Assembly (NCBI RefSeq): GCF_009914755.1
Contig: NC_060925.1
Reading direction: 5' to 3' (one strand)
Length of the DNA stretch: 64,000 nucleotides
Source of the DNA: the human T2T-CHM13v2.0 reference genome, Homo sapiens
The position numbers and the translations under genes were made by a program. Positions 28,031 through 42,420 of the stretch are shown one piece after another; position 1 is the stretch's first letter; each line of letters begins with the position of its first letter. Below the pieces are notes generated by a model. The model was given only the letters and a program-made list of their open reading frames with translations. It ran no database searches and was not told the DNA's origin.

Positions 28031-29671
28031 ATCTATTGGAATACATTTGAGTCTTCTATCGTAAGTGTCCATAAATCTGAGGCTGAATGCTGGAAATTGA
28101 ACTATTTAGCTCTAGAGCCAGTTAAGGTTTACAAGGCCCAGTGGTTGGAAATTGAGACCAAATGAATCTGAAGGTGAGAACCAAGAGGTTTCCGCCTCAT
28201 CACTGTGTAGTTCTGAAGCGAACTGTAGATCAAAAGAAGGCTTGAAAAGAAAAAAGCAACAAAATAAAAATGAGTTTTTTAAATGCTAGGCAGCAAAATG
28301 GAATTGAAACAGGACTAACCTGAGAGTTAGCCAGCTGTGCCGTAGTGCCTGGTCTGCCACCAATGAGGTGTGCGATGGGGGCAATTGCTTCACTTCCCAG
28401 GGGCTGTTACATGATTTGTAAAATGAAAGGCTCACTCATTCACCAAACATTTCTTGAACTCCTCCTAGGGGGAGCTTGCTGTCTTAGACACGAACGTCTG
28501 GACCCGCTAATCTCTAAGATGCCTTTCCAGCTTTAGAGCTCAATTTAAAGTGTTGGGTGATACCGGAGCTTTGTGGAGTGGCTATGCGAGGTGCCTGGAG
28601 TTAACATTCACACAGTGCTTTTGGTTCTGCGGCATTTTAATGATATTCACCATGGTAGTAATTTATCGCCATCTCTTCTTTCCAAATAGATAGCGTATTA
28701 GTGTAAGTCCAGTCCATCAAGCAAGCTTCTTCCATCTGCGAGGGAGGAGGCAGCCCCCGGACAGCTGTGGTTGGGACCTTCACCTTGAATTATGTAACAG
28801 TAGCAGGGGATGGGCAGATTGGCCTTCTGAATTATGCTTCCTTAGACTGGCATTTACATGAGTTCGCGGACCCTAAACACTCACCAGCAGACACAGCGAG
28901 GATGGCTTTATCCCTGGAGTAATTAATCCATGTAGCAAAGGGATCTCCAAGGTGCTGCCAACAGTCTTGGGATAATTGAGACCTTATAGCAAATAAATCC
29001 CCCAGAATCACGACCGCTTTCACCATCCCAAAGCCCCAAAGTGAGAACCACCTTCCAAAAACTCAGAATCCAAAGCCTGTTAATCCCCTTTTGTGGCAAG
29101 CCCATCCTCCTGGCCTGCCTGCCCTGCTCTCCTCCCCCATAATACCCATTCAGGGCAGTGACCCCAGTTGGCAACCCGGAGCCGCGTGGGCTGTGGTCAA
29201 ACGACACCCAGATGAAAACTGCAGCTGATGGCCTGGCCTTTCGGGTCAGTAGCTGCTGTGCACAGCTCTCTCCCTGCCTCCTGAAGTTCAAATGCCAGCC
29301 TGATTTCTATCTGGAAGCATCCCAGCCCAAACATGGAACAAAAGTTCCCTCTGACAAGCCCATTTGGGTTCCAAAGTATGTTTTTATGTTTGTTGGCAAA
29401 TAGAACTGTCACCAGCAACAATAACAACACTGTTTTCCCTCCACTGAAGCTACTTCATTTCTTCACATTTGTTCCAGGGCTGGAACTGGACAGATGAATA
29501 ATGTAGGCTAGGCGGCTGGCCCAAGTCCTGACCTCGTGCCTCCAAAAGCAAACACAGAGGTGAAAATGGAGACTTGTTTGTTTGAACTCTCACTGCCTAA
29601 TTTAAAAAAGAAAAGGCAAAAAGAAAAACAAACCTCCCACCATCCTATTTCATCAATGTAGACACTGATGG

Positions 29672-29698
29672 GTTTTGTTTTGTTTTGTTTTGTTTTTC

Positions 29699-29730
<32 letters not shown>
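29672..29730. repeat. (TTTTG)n(TTTTC)n-poly(T) tract
   Basis: Read directly from the sequence. Confidence 0.95.
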
Positions 29731-29760
29731 CCATGTCTTACTTTTTGAAACATGGAACTA

Positions 29761-29831
29761 CAGCCCTCTACTGGTGCAAGGAATGAAGCCAATTTCTCAA
29801 TCATCGAGGCTACCCTGCCATCTTGTGGCCA
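29761..29831 (-). promoter_or_regulatory. Two co-oriented CTCF-like motifs
   Basis: Minus strand TGGCCACAAGATGGCAGGG (29831-29813) and TGCACCAGTAGAGGGCTG (29778-29761) versus the core CCASYAGRKGGCR; motif match only. Confidence 0.5.
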
Positions 29832-29954
29832 TGTGAGGGATGCACACGTGTAGATCAATTTCTCAGCATCACAAAACAGTCTAGGTAAGACGTTGGAAGG
29901 GTTCTTCAAAATATTCACATGGACTTTCATTTAAGACATTTCTTGTATCGTTTG

Positions 29955-30190
29955 GGGAAAACATCAATGGGATTTGGAGTCAGAATGTTGGTTCCTGCGT
30001 TTAAGCTCTGTCAGTGATTTGTGACATCATCCCTGAGCAAATAATTTCATTTTTAGGAACCTGTTTTCTCATCTGTAAAATGGAGGTCATAATAAATGTT
30101 TGATTCTTGGAGTTTTGTAGTGTTTACATAAGATCATGCATATGAAGAGTGCCTTGTCCACTTTAAAATCATATGCACATGAATATATTA
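29955..30190 (+). mobile_element. MIR
   Basis: ggatttggagtcaga...cctgttttctcatctgtaaaatggagg. Confidence 0.8.
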
Positions 30191-30594
30191 AAAATCCCTA
30201 GAGAAGTAGTTTCTATCATCATACTTGGTAAAACTTTAGAAACTTGAAATCGGTTTCAATGACTAACCTTACTATAGTCTAAAGCCCTGGCCTCAGAATA
30301 AAGAGAAGGACTTTACACTGTCTCATGCTTTCCTAAAGATACATACTGCCAAGTCCTCTCCGTTTTCATTTTTCTGATTTAAGTCAAGTCAGTTTCTTCG
30401 GCCTTGCTTCACGGGGCCAGCCAATGAATAATGAGGAGTGTAGATGCGTCTTGGGAGGTGAAATAACTTTGCTTACATGGAATCGCAAAGTGCTCATTAG
30501 TGTGGGGGCTTAGGTATTTGGCTCCCTCGTCTTTTGGAAAAAGCCCAAACCAGACACAGCAGCTAAAGGAGCCCTCATAGGATGTCTGTGCTGC

Positions 30595-31106
30595 ACGATG
30601 CTGACGCAAGATGACTCATCACACACTAGCTGGGTTTGGCCACTGCTTCTGTGCAGCTGTTTGCAGAAAGCCAAAAATTTCTGGTGCCAAGCTGGGGGCT
30701 TGGTGAACAAACCCAAATGTTACTGTCCTCATCTCCTGCTAAATTTCAGTCCTGCTCGGGCGGTGGCCCAACCAGTGTTAAGTCTACTGATGAAAGTCCA
30801 AGTCACTGTCCTCTGTGCCCTCTCGTTACTGTGTCCTCAGGTTACTGAATTTATCATTCATCTCACTGATGCATAAGGTAGGCTTAGGGTACATTTGGCA
30901 GCAGGATCAATAGTTTTGCAAAGAGAAAATAGATGCCAGCCAAAGGAACATCGAATCCTTGGGCGAATGATGAGGACGGATGACTCATGTCCAGGCCATC
31001 TTCCCTCCGGGCTGGGCTCCGCTGTCTCCATACTCACCTTCTGTCTCCAAGTTTGGTTCACTAGGCCCATCCTCAGGAAGCCTCCCTTAGGATCCAGGAT
31101 GAGTCA
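30595..31106. promoter_or_regulatory. Candidate enhancer: AP-1 motif cluster
   Basis: TGACTCA at 30612 and 30981, TGAGTCA at 31100, TGCTGACGCAA at 30599-30609, all in unique sequence; motif evidence only. Confidence 0.4.
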
Positions 31107-31307
31107 CCAGCACCCCAAGTGTGCTCGCTGGTGAGGATTATAGGAGGGGGAGGTAGGCTGTGTCTACAGGAGATCCTGGGGCACATCTGGGGGATGGAGG
31201 TGAAAGGTTATCCCTCTGCCCTACAGAATGAGGGTCCCCCTTCAATCCCCTAGAGGTGACATGCCAGAACGCCTGAATCAGAGAAGGCACTCATTCCTCC
31301 CACCTAA

Positions 31308-31700
<393 letters not shown>

Positions 31701-31733
31701 TGAAAATAGGAGGTTCTTCCTCTCTTCCACACT

Positions 31734-32913
31734 GGGAGAGAGATAGCAGTCAGGGAGAGAGAGCAGTCAGGGAGAGATAGCAGTCAGGGAGAGATAGCAG
31801 TCAGGGAGAGAGAGCAGACAGGGAGAGAGATAGCAGTCAGGGAGAGAGATAGCAGTCAGAGAGAGAGAGAGCAGACAGAGAGAGATAGCAGACAGGGAGA
31901 GATAGCAGACAGGGAGAGATAGTCAGAGATAGATAGCAGATGGGGAGAGATAGCAGTCGGGGAGACATAGCAGTCAGGGAGAGAGATAGCAGTCCGACAG
32001 AGATAACAGACAGGGAGAGATAGCAGTCGGGGAGAGATAGCAGTCAGGGAGAGATAGCAGTGAGGGAGAGATAGCAGTGAGGGAGAGATAGCAGTCAGAG
32101 AGAGAGATAGCAGTGAGGGAGAGAGATAGCAGTGAGGGAGAGATAGCAGACAGAGAGAGAGATAGCAGTGAGGGAGAGAGATAGCAGTGAGGGAGAGAGA
32201 TAGCAGTCAGGGAGAGATAGCAGTGAGGGAGAGAGATAGCAGACAGAGAGAGAGATAGCAGTGAGGGAGAGAGATAGCAGACAAAGAGAGAGATAGCAGT
32301 GAGGGAGAGAGATAGCAGACAGAGAGAGAGATAGCAGTGAGGGAGAGATAGCAGTGAGGGAGAGAGATAGCAGTGAGGGAGAGAGATAGCAGTGAGGGAG
32401 AGTGATAGCAGTGAGGGAGAGAGATAGCAGTGAGGGAGAGAGATAACAGTGAGGGAGAGATAGCAGTGAGGGAGAAATAGCAGTCAGGGAGAGATAGCAG
32501 TGAGGGAGAGAGATAGCAGTGAGGGAGAGAGATAGCAGTCAGGAAGAGATAGCAGTCAGAGAGAGAGATAGCAGTCAGGGAGAGATAGCAGTCAGGGAGA
32601 GATAGCAGTGAGGGAGAGAGATAGCAGTGAGGGAGAGAGCAGTGAGGGAGAGATAGCAGGCAAAGAGAGAGATAGCAGTGAGGGAGAGATAGCAGGCAAA
32701 GAGAGAGATAGCAGTCAGGGAGAGAGAGAGCAGTCAGAGAGAGATAGCAGTCAGGGAGAGAGAGAGCAGTGAGGGAGAGATAGCAGGCAGAGAGAGAGAT
32801 AGCAGTCAGAGAGAGAGATAGCAGTCAGAGAGAGATAGCAGTAAGGGAGAGACAGCAGACAGAGAGGGATAGCAGACAGAGAGAGAGATAGCAGTGAGGG
32901 AGAGAGAGCAGTC
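31734..32913. repeat. Purine-rich minisatellite/VNTR, about 1.18 kb, unit about 17-23 bp (AGGGAG(AG)nATAGCAGTS)
   Basis: Continuous tandem array with variable (AG)n length and GTC/GTG/GAC/GGC unit variants. Confidence 0.98.
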
Positions 32914-33513
32914 TGGGTTTTCCTTCAGGAAGGTGCGAGAAGGTGAGGTTTTCTTTAGAGGTTTTTCATGTTCTTTTTAAACACTTAACATGAGCCAAAT
33001 GAGAGTGGGAATTAAAGGTATGCTGGCCAAATCTGACCTGAAGCACCCACTGTCTAACAAGAGCGGAACTGGTGATGGCCACAATAATACTGCAGACATC
33101 TCTTGGAGTTTTCTGTAATACATGGAAAAACACCAGCCTTGGAAACTCAGACATCTGGGTTTGAGTGCCAGCCACGAGGCTAAAAGATTCCAGAAGGCCA
33201 GAGGGGGAGAGTGTCAGAGTCCACTGCTAGACTGACTGGATGTCTTCACATACAGGACTGGCAAATGGACACTTGTAAGTTTGGAAAATTTGACAGCAAA
33301 ACAACAGAGAAGGGGGCACTGCCAGCTTTAAATACAATCCAATGAATTAATTTATTTGGAGAAATAATCTCATTTTAGGATATTCTTTTTTATTTATTTA
33401 GGATAAACCTATTAATAAAACGGGTAATATGTTACCTGTCCTCTAAATCTGATCTCACAAAAGTGTGAGAAGGAGCAGGGGTCAGGGGATTAGGGGGAAG
33501 GGGTGGAGTTTAG

Positions 33514-33908
<395 letters not shown>

Positions 33909-34908
33909 TGTGCAGGTTTGTTACGCAGGTAAACTGTGTGCACTGGGGTTTGGTGTACAGATAATTTTGGCACCCTGGTAGTAAGCCCAGTACCCAACAG
34001 ATGCTTTTTCTGCTCCTCTCCCTCCTCCCACCCTCCACTCTCAAGGGGGCCCCCGTGTGTGTTGTCCCCCTCCTAGTATCCATGTTTTCTCATTGTTTAG
34101 CTCCCATTTATAAGTGAGAACGTGTGGTATTTGGTTTTCTGTTCCTGTGTTAGTTTGCTTAGGCTAATGGCCTCTAGCTCTATCCATGTTGCTGCAAAGG
34201 CCATGATCTCATTCATTTTTATGACTGCATAGTATTCCATGTTGTATATGTACCACATTTTCTTAATCCAGTCTGCCGTTGATAGGCATTTCGATTGACT
34301 CCATGTCTTCACTATTCTGAATAGTGCTGCGATGAACATATGTGTGCGTGTGTCTTTATGATAGAATGATTTATCTTTGGGTGTGTACACAATAATGGGA
34401 TTACCGGATTGAATGGTAATTCCATTTTTAATTCTTTGGCAAATCACCACACTGCTTTCCACAATGACTGAACTAATTTACACTCCCACCGGTAATGTAT
34501 AAGCATTCCCTTATCTCTACAACCTCACCAGCATCTATTATTTTTTTAACTTTTTAATTATAGCCATTTTGACTCCTGTGAGATGGTATCTCACTATGGT
34601 TTTGATTTGCATTTCTCTAATGATTAGGAATGTGGAGCATTTTTTCATATGATTGTTGGCCACATGGAGGTCTTCTTTTTAAAAGTGTCTGCTCATGTCC
34701 TTTGCCCATTTTTTAATGAAGTTGTTTGTTTTTTGCTTGTAAATGTAAGTTCCTTACAGATTCTGGATATTAGACCTCTGCTGAATGCATAGTTTGCAAA
34801 TATTTGCTTCCATTCTGTAGGCTGTCCATTTACTCTGTTGATAGTTTCTTTCATTATGCAGAAACTCTTTAGTTTAATTATATCCCATTTGTCAATTTTT
34901 GTTGTTAC

Positions 34909-35278
34909 TGATATGGCTCGGCTCTGTGTCCTTACCCAAATCTCACCTTGAATTGTAATAATCCCCATGTGTCAAATGGGGATTATTTGGACCAGGTGGA
35001 AATAAGTGAATCATGGGTGTGGTTTCCCCAAGCTTTTCTCATGAGAGTCAGTGAGATCTCACAGGATCTGATGGTTTTCTAAGCGTCTGGCATTTCCCCT
35101 ACTGGCACTCATTCTCTCTCCTGCTGCTCTATGAAGAGGTGCCTTCTGCCATGATTGTAAGTTTCCTGAGGCCTCCCCAGCCATGTGGAACTATGAGTCA
35201 ATTAAACCTCTTTTCTTTATATTTAAATTATCTAGTCTCGGGTATTTCTTCATAGCCGCGTGAGAATGAGCTAATACA
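34909..35278 (+). mobile_element. THE1 (THE1D-like) MaLR solo LTR, complete
   Basis: TG...CA ends (tgatatgg...ctaataca); 5-bp TSD gttac at 34904-34908 and 35279-35283. Confidence 0.95.
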
Positions 35279-35719
35279 GTTACAATCGCTTTTGATGTCT
35301 TTGTCATGAAATCTTTGCCAAGTTCTATGTCCAGAATGGTATTTCTGAGGTGATCTTCCAAGGTTTTTATAGTTTCAGGTTTTACATTTAAGCCTTTAAT
35401 CCATCTTGAGTTGATTTTTGTACATGGTGTGAGGTTGGGGTCTAGTTTCAGTCTTCTGCATATGGCTAGCTAGTTCTCCCAGCACAAGGAGAGTGCTGGG
35501 AGAACAAGGAGTCCTTTCCTGATTCCTTGTTTTTTTCAGCTTTGCTGAAGATCGGATGGTTGTAGGTGTGCAGCATTATTTCTATAAATCCCTTTCTAAT
35601 GAACAATTCTCAGGTTGTTAATAGGTAAATGTAACTCCTGGGCCCAGCCCCTAGGGCTAAGTTGGCTGTTCACATTAAAATGGTGATCCTGGAGTCTGGC
35701 AATGTTAACAATTAAACAA

Positions 35720-36272
<553 letters not shown>

Positions 36273-36904
36273 ATCAAAACGAATGGTGCTGTTATTTCTC
36301 TTCTTATCCACACATCTCTCATCCTTGGTTTTAAACATTTTTCAATGTCTCGTATTCATATTGTTAGACCTAGTAATTCTCCTGCTATGCTATAATCTCT
36401 CCTAAGTGTGAGAATTAACGTAACCGCTGGCATCCAAATTTTTTGCTGAGAAAAAGATGCTATAGTCAATGATTGGGTAGGAAATGAGCCCTACGCTTAA
36501 GAGTCTGCTTGTCAAGCGGCCTTGCCACTGCCCAGGATGCGGTCACCTCTCTGCATTACTCAGGAGAAGGACCAGAGAGTGGAGAGTAGAAATGGGAAGG
36601 AGGAAGAGGATCACTAAGTGGCACCATCTCTGGACCCCCAAAATCTTCAGCAGTGTCTTCTAAACACAGTACTGCTTCTTGTGAGTGATTTCCTGTTGTG
36701 AAATCCAAAGAAGGAGCTCCGTTTTATGGCAGGATCGACATGGTCTAGGAGCAGAAGGCAGCCCTGAGCAGGCCACGCCCCCATCAATTGGCAGAAAGCT
36801 TCAGGATGACTGTGGCTTCCACCAGAATTGGAGCTTCTGAGACAATGTCACCTGGAATGTCATGATCTCAACTGACATCTGGGTTTCTCGGAGATTCGCC
36901 CAGG

Positions 36905-37320
36905 ATTTGGTGTACAAGGGTGTTTATCACAGAATGACATATAACATTGAACAATTGGAAACCTAAAGGTACAACAGTGATCCGGCTACATGAATTAAGG
37001 GTGAGCTAAATGAGGAAATAATATGCAGCCGTTAAAAATTATGTTTTCAAAGAACATTTAATGACTTGGGTAAAACCTTCTGCTATAAGGTCAAGGAAAG
37101 ACAAAAAATTCAGAATATTACTGTTGGTATTAGTTCTTTTTTTTTTTTTTATAAGTGCCCTTTTCTTGACTTAAAAATAAGACTAAAATTTTAACATAGA
37201 TGACCCCAGAGTTTGTGGGATTATAAGAGTTTGTGACTTTTTTTTTCTTCTCTGTGATTTCCAAATGCTCCATAATGAGTGGAGTAATTTTAAAATCAAG
37301 GAAAATAAACATGACTTTTA
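36905..37320 (+). mobile_element. Old L1M 3' fragment
   Basis: gggtgtttatcacag...aattggaaacctaaagg...atatgcagccgttaaaaattatg. Confidence 0.6.
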
Positions 37321-37617
37321 AAGAGTGGGAGTGCAGTTTGTTTGTGTTCTTTGGTTCACTTGGCAGAGACTCAGGAGAGATGAGCAAGAAGGATGTTGCC
37401 CTTAAGTAATGTTTGGTCGTGATTTGTTTACACTGTACCTGTTTAGATAGAGACAACAATTGCTTAGCAGAGATGAGAAAAGATATTATCTTTAGGGGAT
37501 CAGCAGTGTTTTCAGGGAAAAAAGAAAGAAAGGAAAATCAGAGGGAAGAGATAGGAAACAGAGGGAAAAATATGTTTAGGCTTTTTATAAAAATGGACTT
37601 AGAACTATCCAGTGATT

Positions 37618-37929
<312 letters not shown>

Positions 37930-37954
37930 GAACTATCCAACTATCCAGTGATTT

Positions 37955-38306
37955 CTTTATTTCTTTTTCTTTTTTTTTTTTTTAAAGATGAAGTCTCGCT
38001 CTGTCACGACACAGGCTGGGCGTGGTGGCAGATGCCTGTAATCCCAGCTACTCAGGAAGCTGAGGCAGGAGAATTGCTTGAGCCGGATCTCGGCTCACGA
38101 CAACCTCTGCCTCCTGGGTTCAAGTGATTATCTCACCTCAGCCTCCTGAGTAGCTGGGATTACAGGCGCCCGCCACCACACCTGACTAATTTTTGTGTTT
38201 TTCACCATGTTGACCAGGCTGGTCTCAAACTCCTGACCTCAGGTGATCTGCCCACCTCGGCCTCCCAAAGTGCTGGGATTACAGGCGTGAGCCACCGCGC
38301 CTGACC
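37955..38306 (-). mobile_element. Rearranged AluS containing an inverted (+ strand) Alu segment at 38014-38086
   Basis: Antisense Alu interrupted by sense ggctgggcgtggtggcagatgcctgtaatcccagctact...ttgagccgg; linker partly deleted. Confidence 0.9.
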
Positions 38307-38650
38307 AATTTCTATTTCACCTTTTTGTGTTTCTAGTTCTCTTTTACCAAGTCAAAGAAGTGGAAGTTGGATTATCCATGTTTTGGCAATCATGCTGGAA
38401 AGAATTTACATGTGTGTGCACACACAGAGTGAGGCAAACCCTACTCTCTGTGTCTCCCACGAATTAACTGGTATAAGTAAGGACCTTGACCCCCACACCT
38501 GCCAAGCCCCACAGAATTGAGGAAACCTTGATCATGGAGCACAGCAGAGTGGAATGTGATGTTTTTCAAATCTCCCTGCTACCAGGCTCAGAGTTGCATG
38601 AGGCCGGACCTGACATATGATGATCCCCAAAATAGTTGAGGAATAAATTA

Positions 38651-38958
<308 letters not shown>

Positions 38959-39414
38959 TTATATCAGACACTCTGGGTCAGCCAGAAAATGCATCCAGCC
39001 CAGTGCCCCATCCCAAACTCTGGTGCCACAAAGACATAGCTGATCTTCTTGATATTGACCACCAAAGAATAGGATCACACTCCCAAGACATCCCACAACT
39101 AATTCTGGAGACCATGGTGTGACTTGGAATCAAGGACAAGTTACGCTGCTTCTGCCCGTGCAACCCTGGCCAAGCACGTCACCTCACCAGGCCCCACCTT
39201 CACAAGCATAGCTCAGGACTCAGGGATTTTCAAGGTAGTTTCGAGCACTAATAGTCTATGATTCTTTGCCTGTAAACTTTACATGCGAGAGATTGTGTGC
39301 GTGTGTGTGTCTATGTACGTGTGTGCATGCGTGCGTAATGCTTATTTGCCCAAATGGAAGATAACTTAGTGCATAGATGACAATTTCAATGATATTTAAC
39401 CCTAAGGGAAAAAT

Positions 39415-39565
39415 GAAAATAAACACCATTTGTTGAGCATCTCTTGAGTCTCTGGGACTATTCTTGGTGTTTGTGCCATGTTACCTCGTTTAATTCTTAC
39501 AATAACCCTAATTATTCTATAATGTTTTTACACAGCGTGCAGTTTTGGACACTGAAGCTCGGATG
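39415..39565 (-). mobile_element. MIR
   Basis: accatttgttgagcatct...ctcgtttaattcttacaataacccta. Confidence 0.6.
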
Positions 39566-40506
39566 TGAAATATCTAGTTCATCCAGACATTAAGAGCCAC
39601 AGATAAGAAACAGTACCCAGACTAAGCCCAAAATGGCAGATCCCCAGTTCAGTATGGTTGGGGACCCCCTCACCTAAGGAAGGTCCTTTGGTGCTGAGGG
39701 GTGAGGTTAGGTGCCACCTGGACCTAGTTGTTGTGACCATTCTAGACACCAATGCAGCTCTCACCATTTCTGCCACCCGGCTTGCCCCCACAGCTCCTGA
39801 CAATGCCCCCAGTGTTGTGGGCATGCCAAGGGGGCCTCGGTGTTGGAGAAGGAGTGATCACAGCCCTGTGGGCTCCCCAGAAGATGACTTTGTTTTGCTT
39901 GTGAAATGTGTGCCCCTGGACTGCAGGGGAACTCACCGAAAGTCACATTTGAGGACTACGTGAATCCCTTTCTCACCACGTCTGCCTGTTCCAGGACCCA
40001 CACTCACCTTACGACTCAGAGGCAGCCCTCTGCTTCCTCAAGGGAGGTAAACCTTTCACCTCCCACCCCAAGGGGCTTGGAAAGACCTTGTGACCCAGCC
40101 AACATTTTAATTATTACACTAAATGCCATTTCTAAGACTATGCTTCTGGCATAGGAGCAGAATACAGGCAAGAACCCGAAAAAGACCAGAGCTCCATTCC
40201 CTTGGTCTAGCCACCATGCTAGACCAATGCCACTTTAAGCTCAGTGTATTTGGAAGAAAGCAAATCCCCAAAGGGTGACATATGCTTAGCCATTTAGGGA
40301 GGCTGAGTTATATTGAAAACTAGGAAACCACTGGTAGTTCAACTTTGCTATTTATCTCAACCCCCACAGAATTGACACAACCTTGACCGTGGTGCACAGC
40401 AGACTCTAATGCAAGACTTCGAGCAAGCCACCAGCACTCTTTGGGCCTGAGTTCCCACGTCTATAAAAGAAAGGAATTGGGTAAGAGGATCTTTCCTACC
40501 TATTCC

Positions 40507-40834
<328 letters not shown>

Positions 40835-42194
40835 TGATTTCCCCAGACTGTCAGCTTTCACAGGGTGCCTCTTAATTCTAGAGACTGTATCTCATTGAGC
40901 AACTCCGCGTTCACCTTTCATGACTTTTCTGAGTTTACTTCCTCCTGGCATTACCAAGCGCTAGCCTCCTTCTGTCGAGGTGTGTGGTTCAATGACTGCT
41001 GCAGAGACTGCGAACAGAGCCAGATGCCAGCCCCCGTCTTCCAAGAGGCCCCGTCTCGCCTGACACAGACAGGGGCTGCCTGCTGACCTCTCCCCACAGT
41101 TGCCACCATGTTGCAGCCCTCCCTGGCAACCTTCCCCAACGACTCACAGGTGTTGCCTGCCACCAGCTCTCAGACACCGCCTGAAGCGTCAGCTGGCCCC
41201 GGCGCCTTTGCCATTGGGAATACTGGCACCAGCGCTGCAGAGTGCCTGGAGCTGTTGTACCCTGGGGCCTTCAAAGGCGCCTTGCACAGACGAGTTCCCA
41301 CGGGGTGGATGGTCTCACCCCATTTCACAGATGGGGAACCGTGACCACAGGGCCTCCTCGTCTTCCAAGAAGGAACAAAAGCAAGGTGTCAGCCCGGGCA
41401 GAAATAAAAGCTCCAGCACTCTCCCGAAGGAAGGCAAGCACTCATCATCAGTCATGCATCTTTTTACCTTTTGAAACTTTGTCGGATTTATATATAGCCT
41501 CCATCTTGTCCCTCTGAACTCGGCAGGGCTCGTAATCAGTCACTGGGCTGAACACCTGGAACTCTGTGGGGATTATCATTAGAAGGATGCGAGGCCAGGT
41601 GTGGTTTTGGACCAGAGACCTATTGGAAAAGGGAGGATTTCTCACTTTCCAAGTTTACTCTGCTCAAGTTAAAACAATTAACCTCCTTTCCCCTTCAAAC
41701 AACTGTTCTCCACAGCTTTCTACCAGCAATCTTCAACCCAAAGACATAATGTCAAAAGTGGACTCTCTCCCTCTCAGAACGTTCCGGTGAAAAGGCAGAT
41801 CAGACCTGCCCTTGGGGCTTCTTTCTGCCATTGTCGCCTTCTCTTCCCCACTAACTTCACCCCCTCCTTCTAGACGCCGGGGCCTCCAGAGAGCAGCATT
41901 TTCTCTAATGCTGGGGTCATGGAGCGATTGTAGCAACAATGGGTTTTGCACAATTAGGCCCCCATTGCTCACCTTGCAAGAGTTTGCCAGGCTGGCCAGC
42001 AGGAAGGGAAGGGCAAGTGGTAAGGACATCCCCACTTGGGGTCTTAGTTCTCTTGACGATGTAGCTGTCGGCACAGTCCCTTCTTGGGCTGTAACCTCTC
42101 CCAGACACACATGTGCACTCACAAACACACACACACACACACTCAAAAATTCTTGGTGACATGAGTATTTTCAGGGAATCACATAGCTCTTCTT

Positions 42195-42420
42195 ACATAA
42201 TACTATAGCAAGCATGAATTGAGTCCTTATTCCATTCTGGGCAATGTGCTAGGTGATTTTCACACACTAATGGCTTCATTAAATCCTCACAATAATCCTG
42301 TGAGGAAATATGTGGCATGAATTTGAAGCCCAAGAATTGAATGAAATAACCCAGATCACACAGCTAGTGAGTGGCAATGCCAGGGCTTGGACCCAGTCTT
42401 ATCTGACAGATGAGCTTGCT
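42195..42420 (-). mobile_element. MIR
   Basis: aaatcctcacaataatcctgtgagg...cccagatcacacagctagtgagtggc. Confidence 0.75.

Noticed and set aside
29508-29930. 140-aa minus-strand ORF
   Set aside because: No recognisable homology; the Lys-rich part comes from the T-rich simple repeat; better explained as regulatory or non-coding
31734-32913. Regularly spaced short repeats resembling a CRISPR array
   Set aside because: No unique spacers, no cas genes, primate context; it is a minisatellite
40860-41480. GC-richer patch as a possible CpG-island promoter
   Set aside because: CpG density looks too low and there is no promoter architecture; no CpG island is evident in the window
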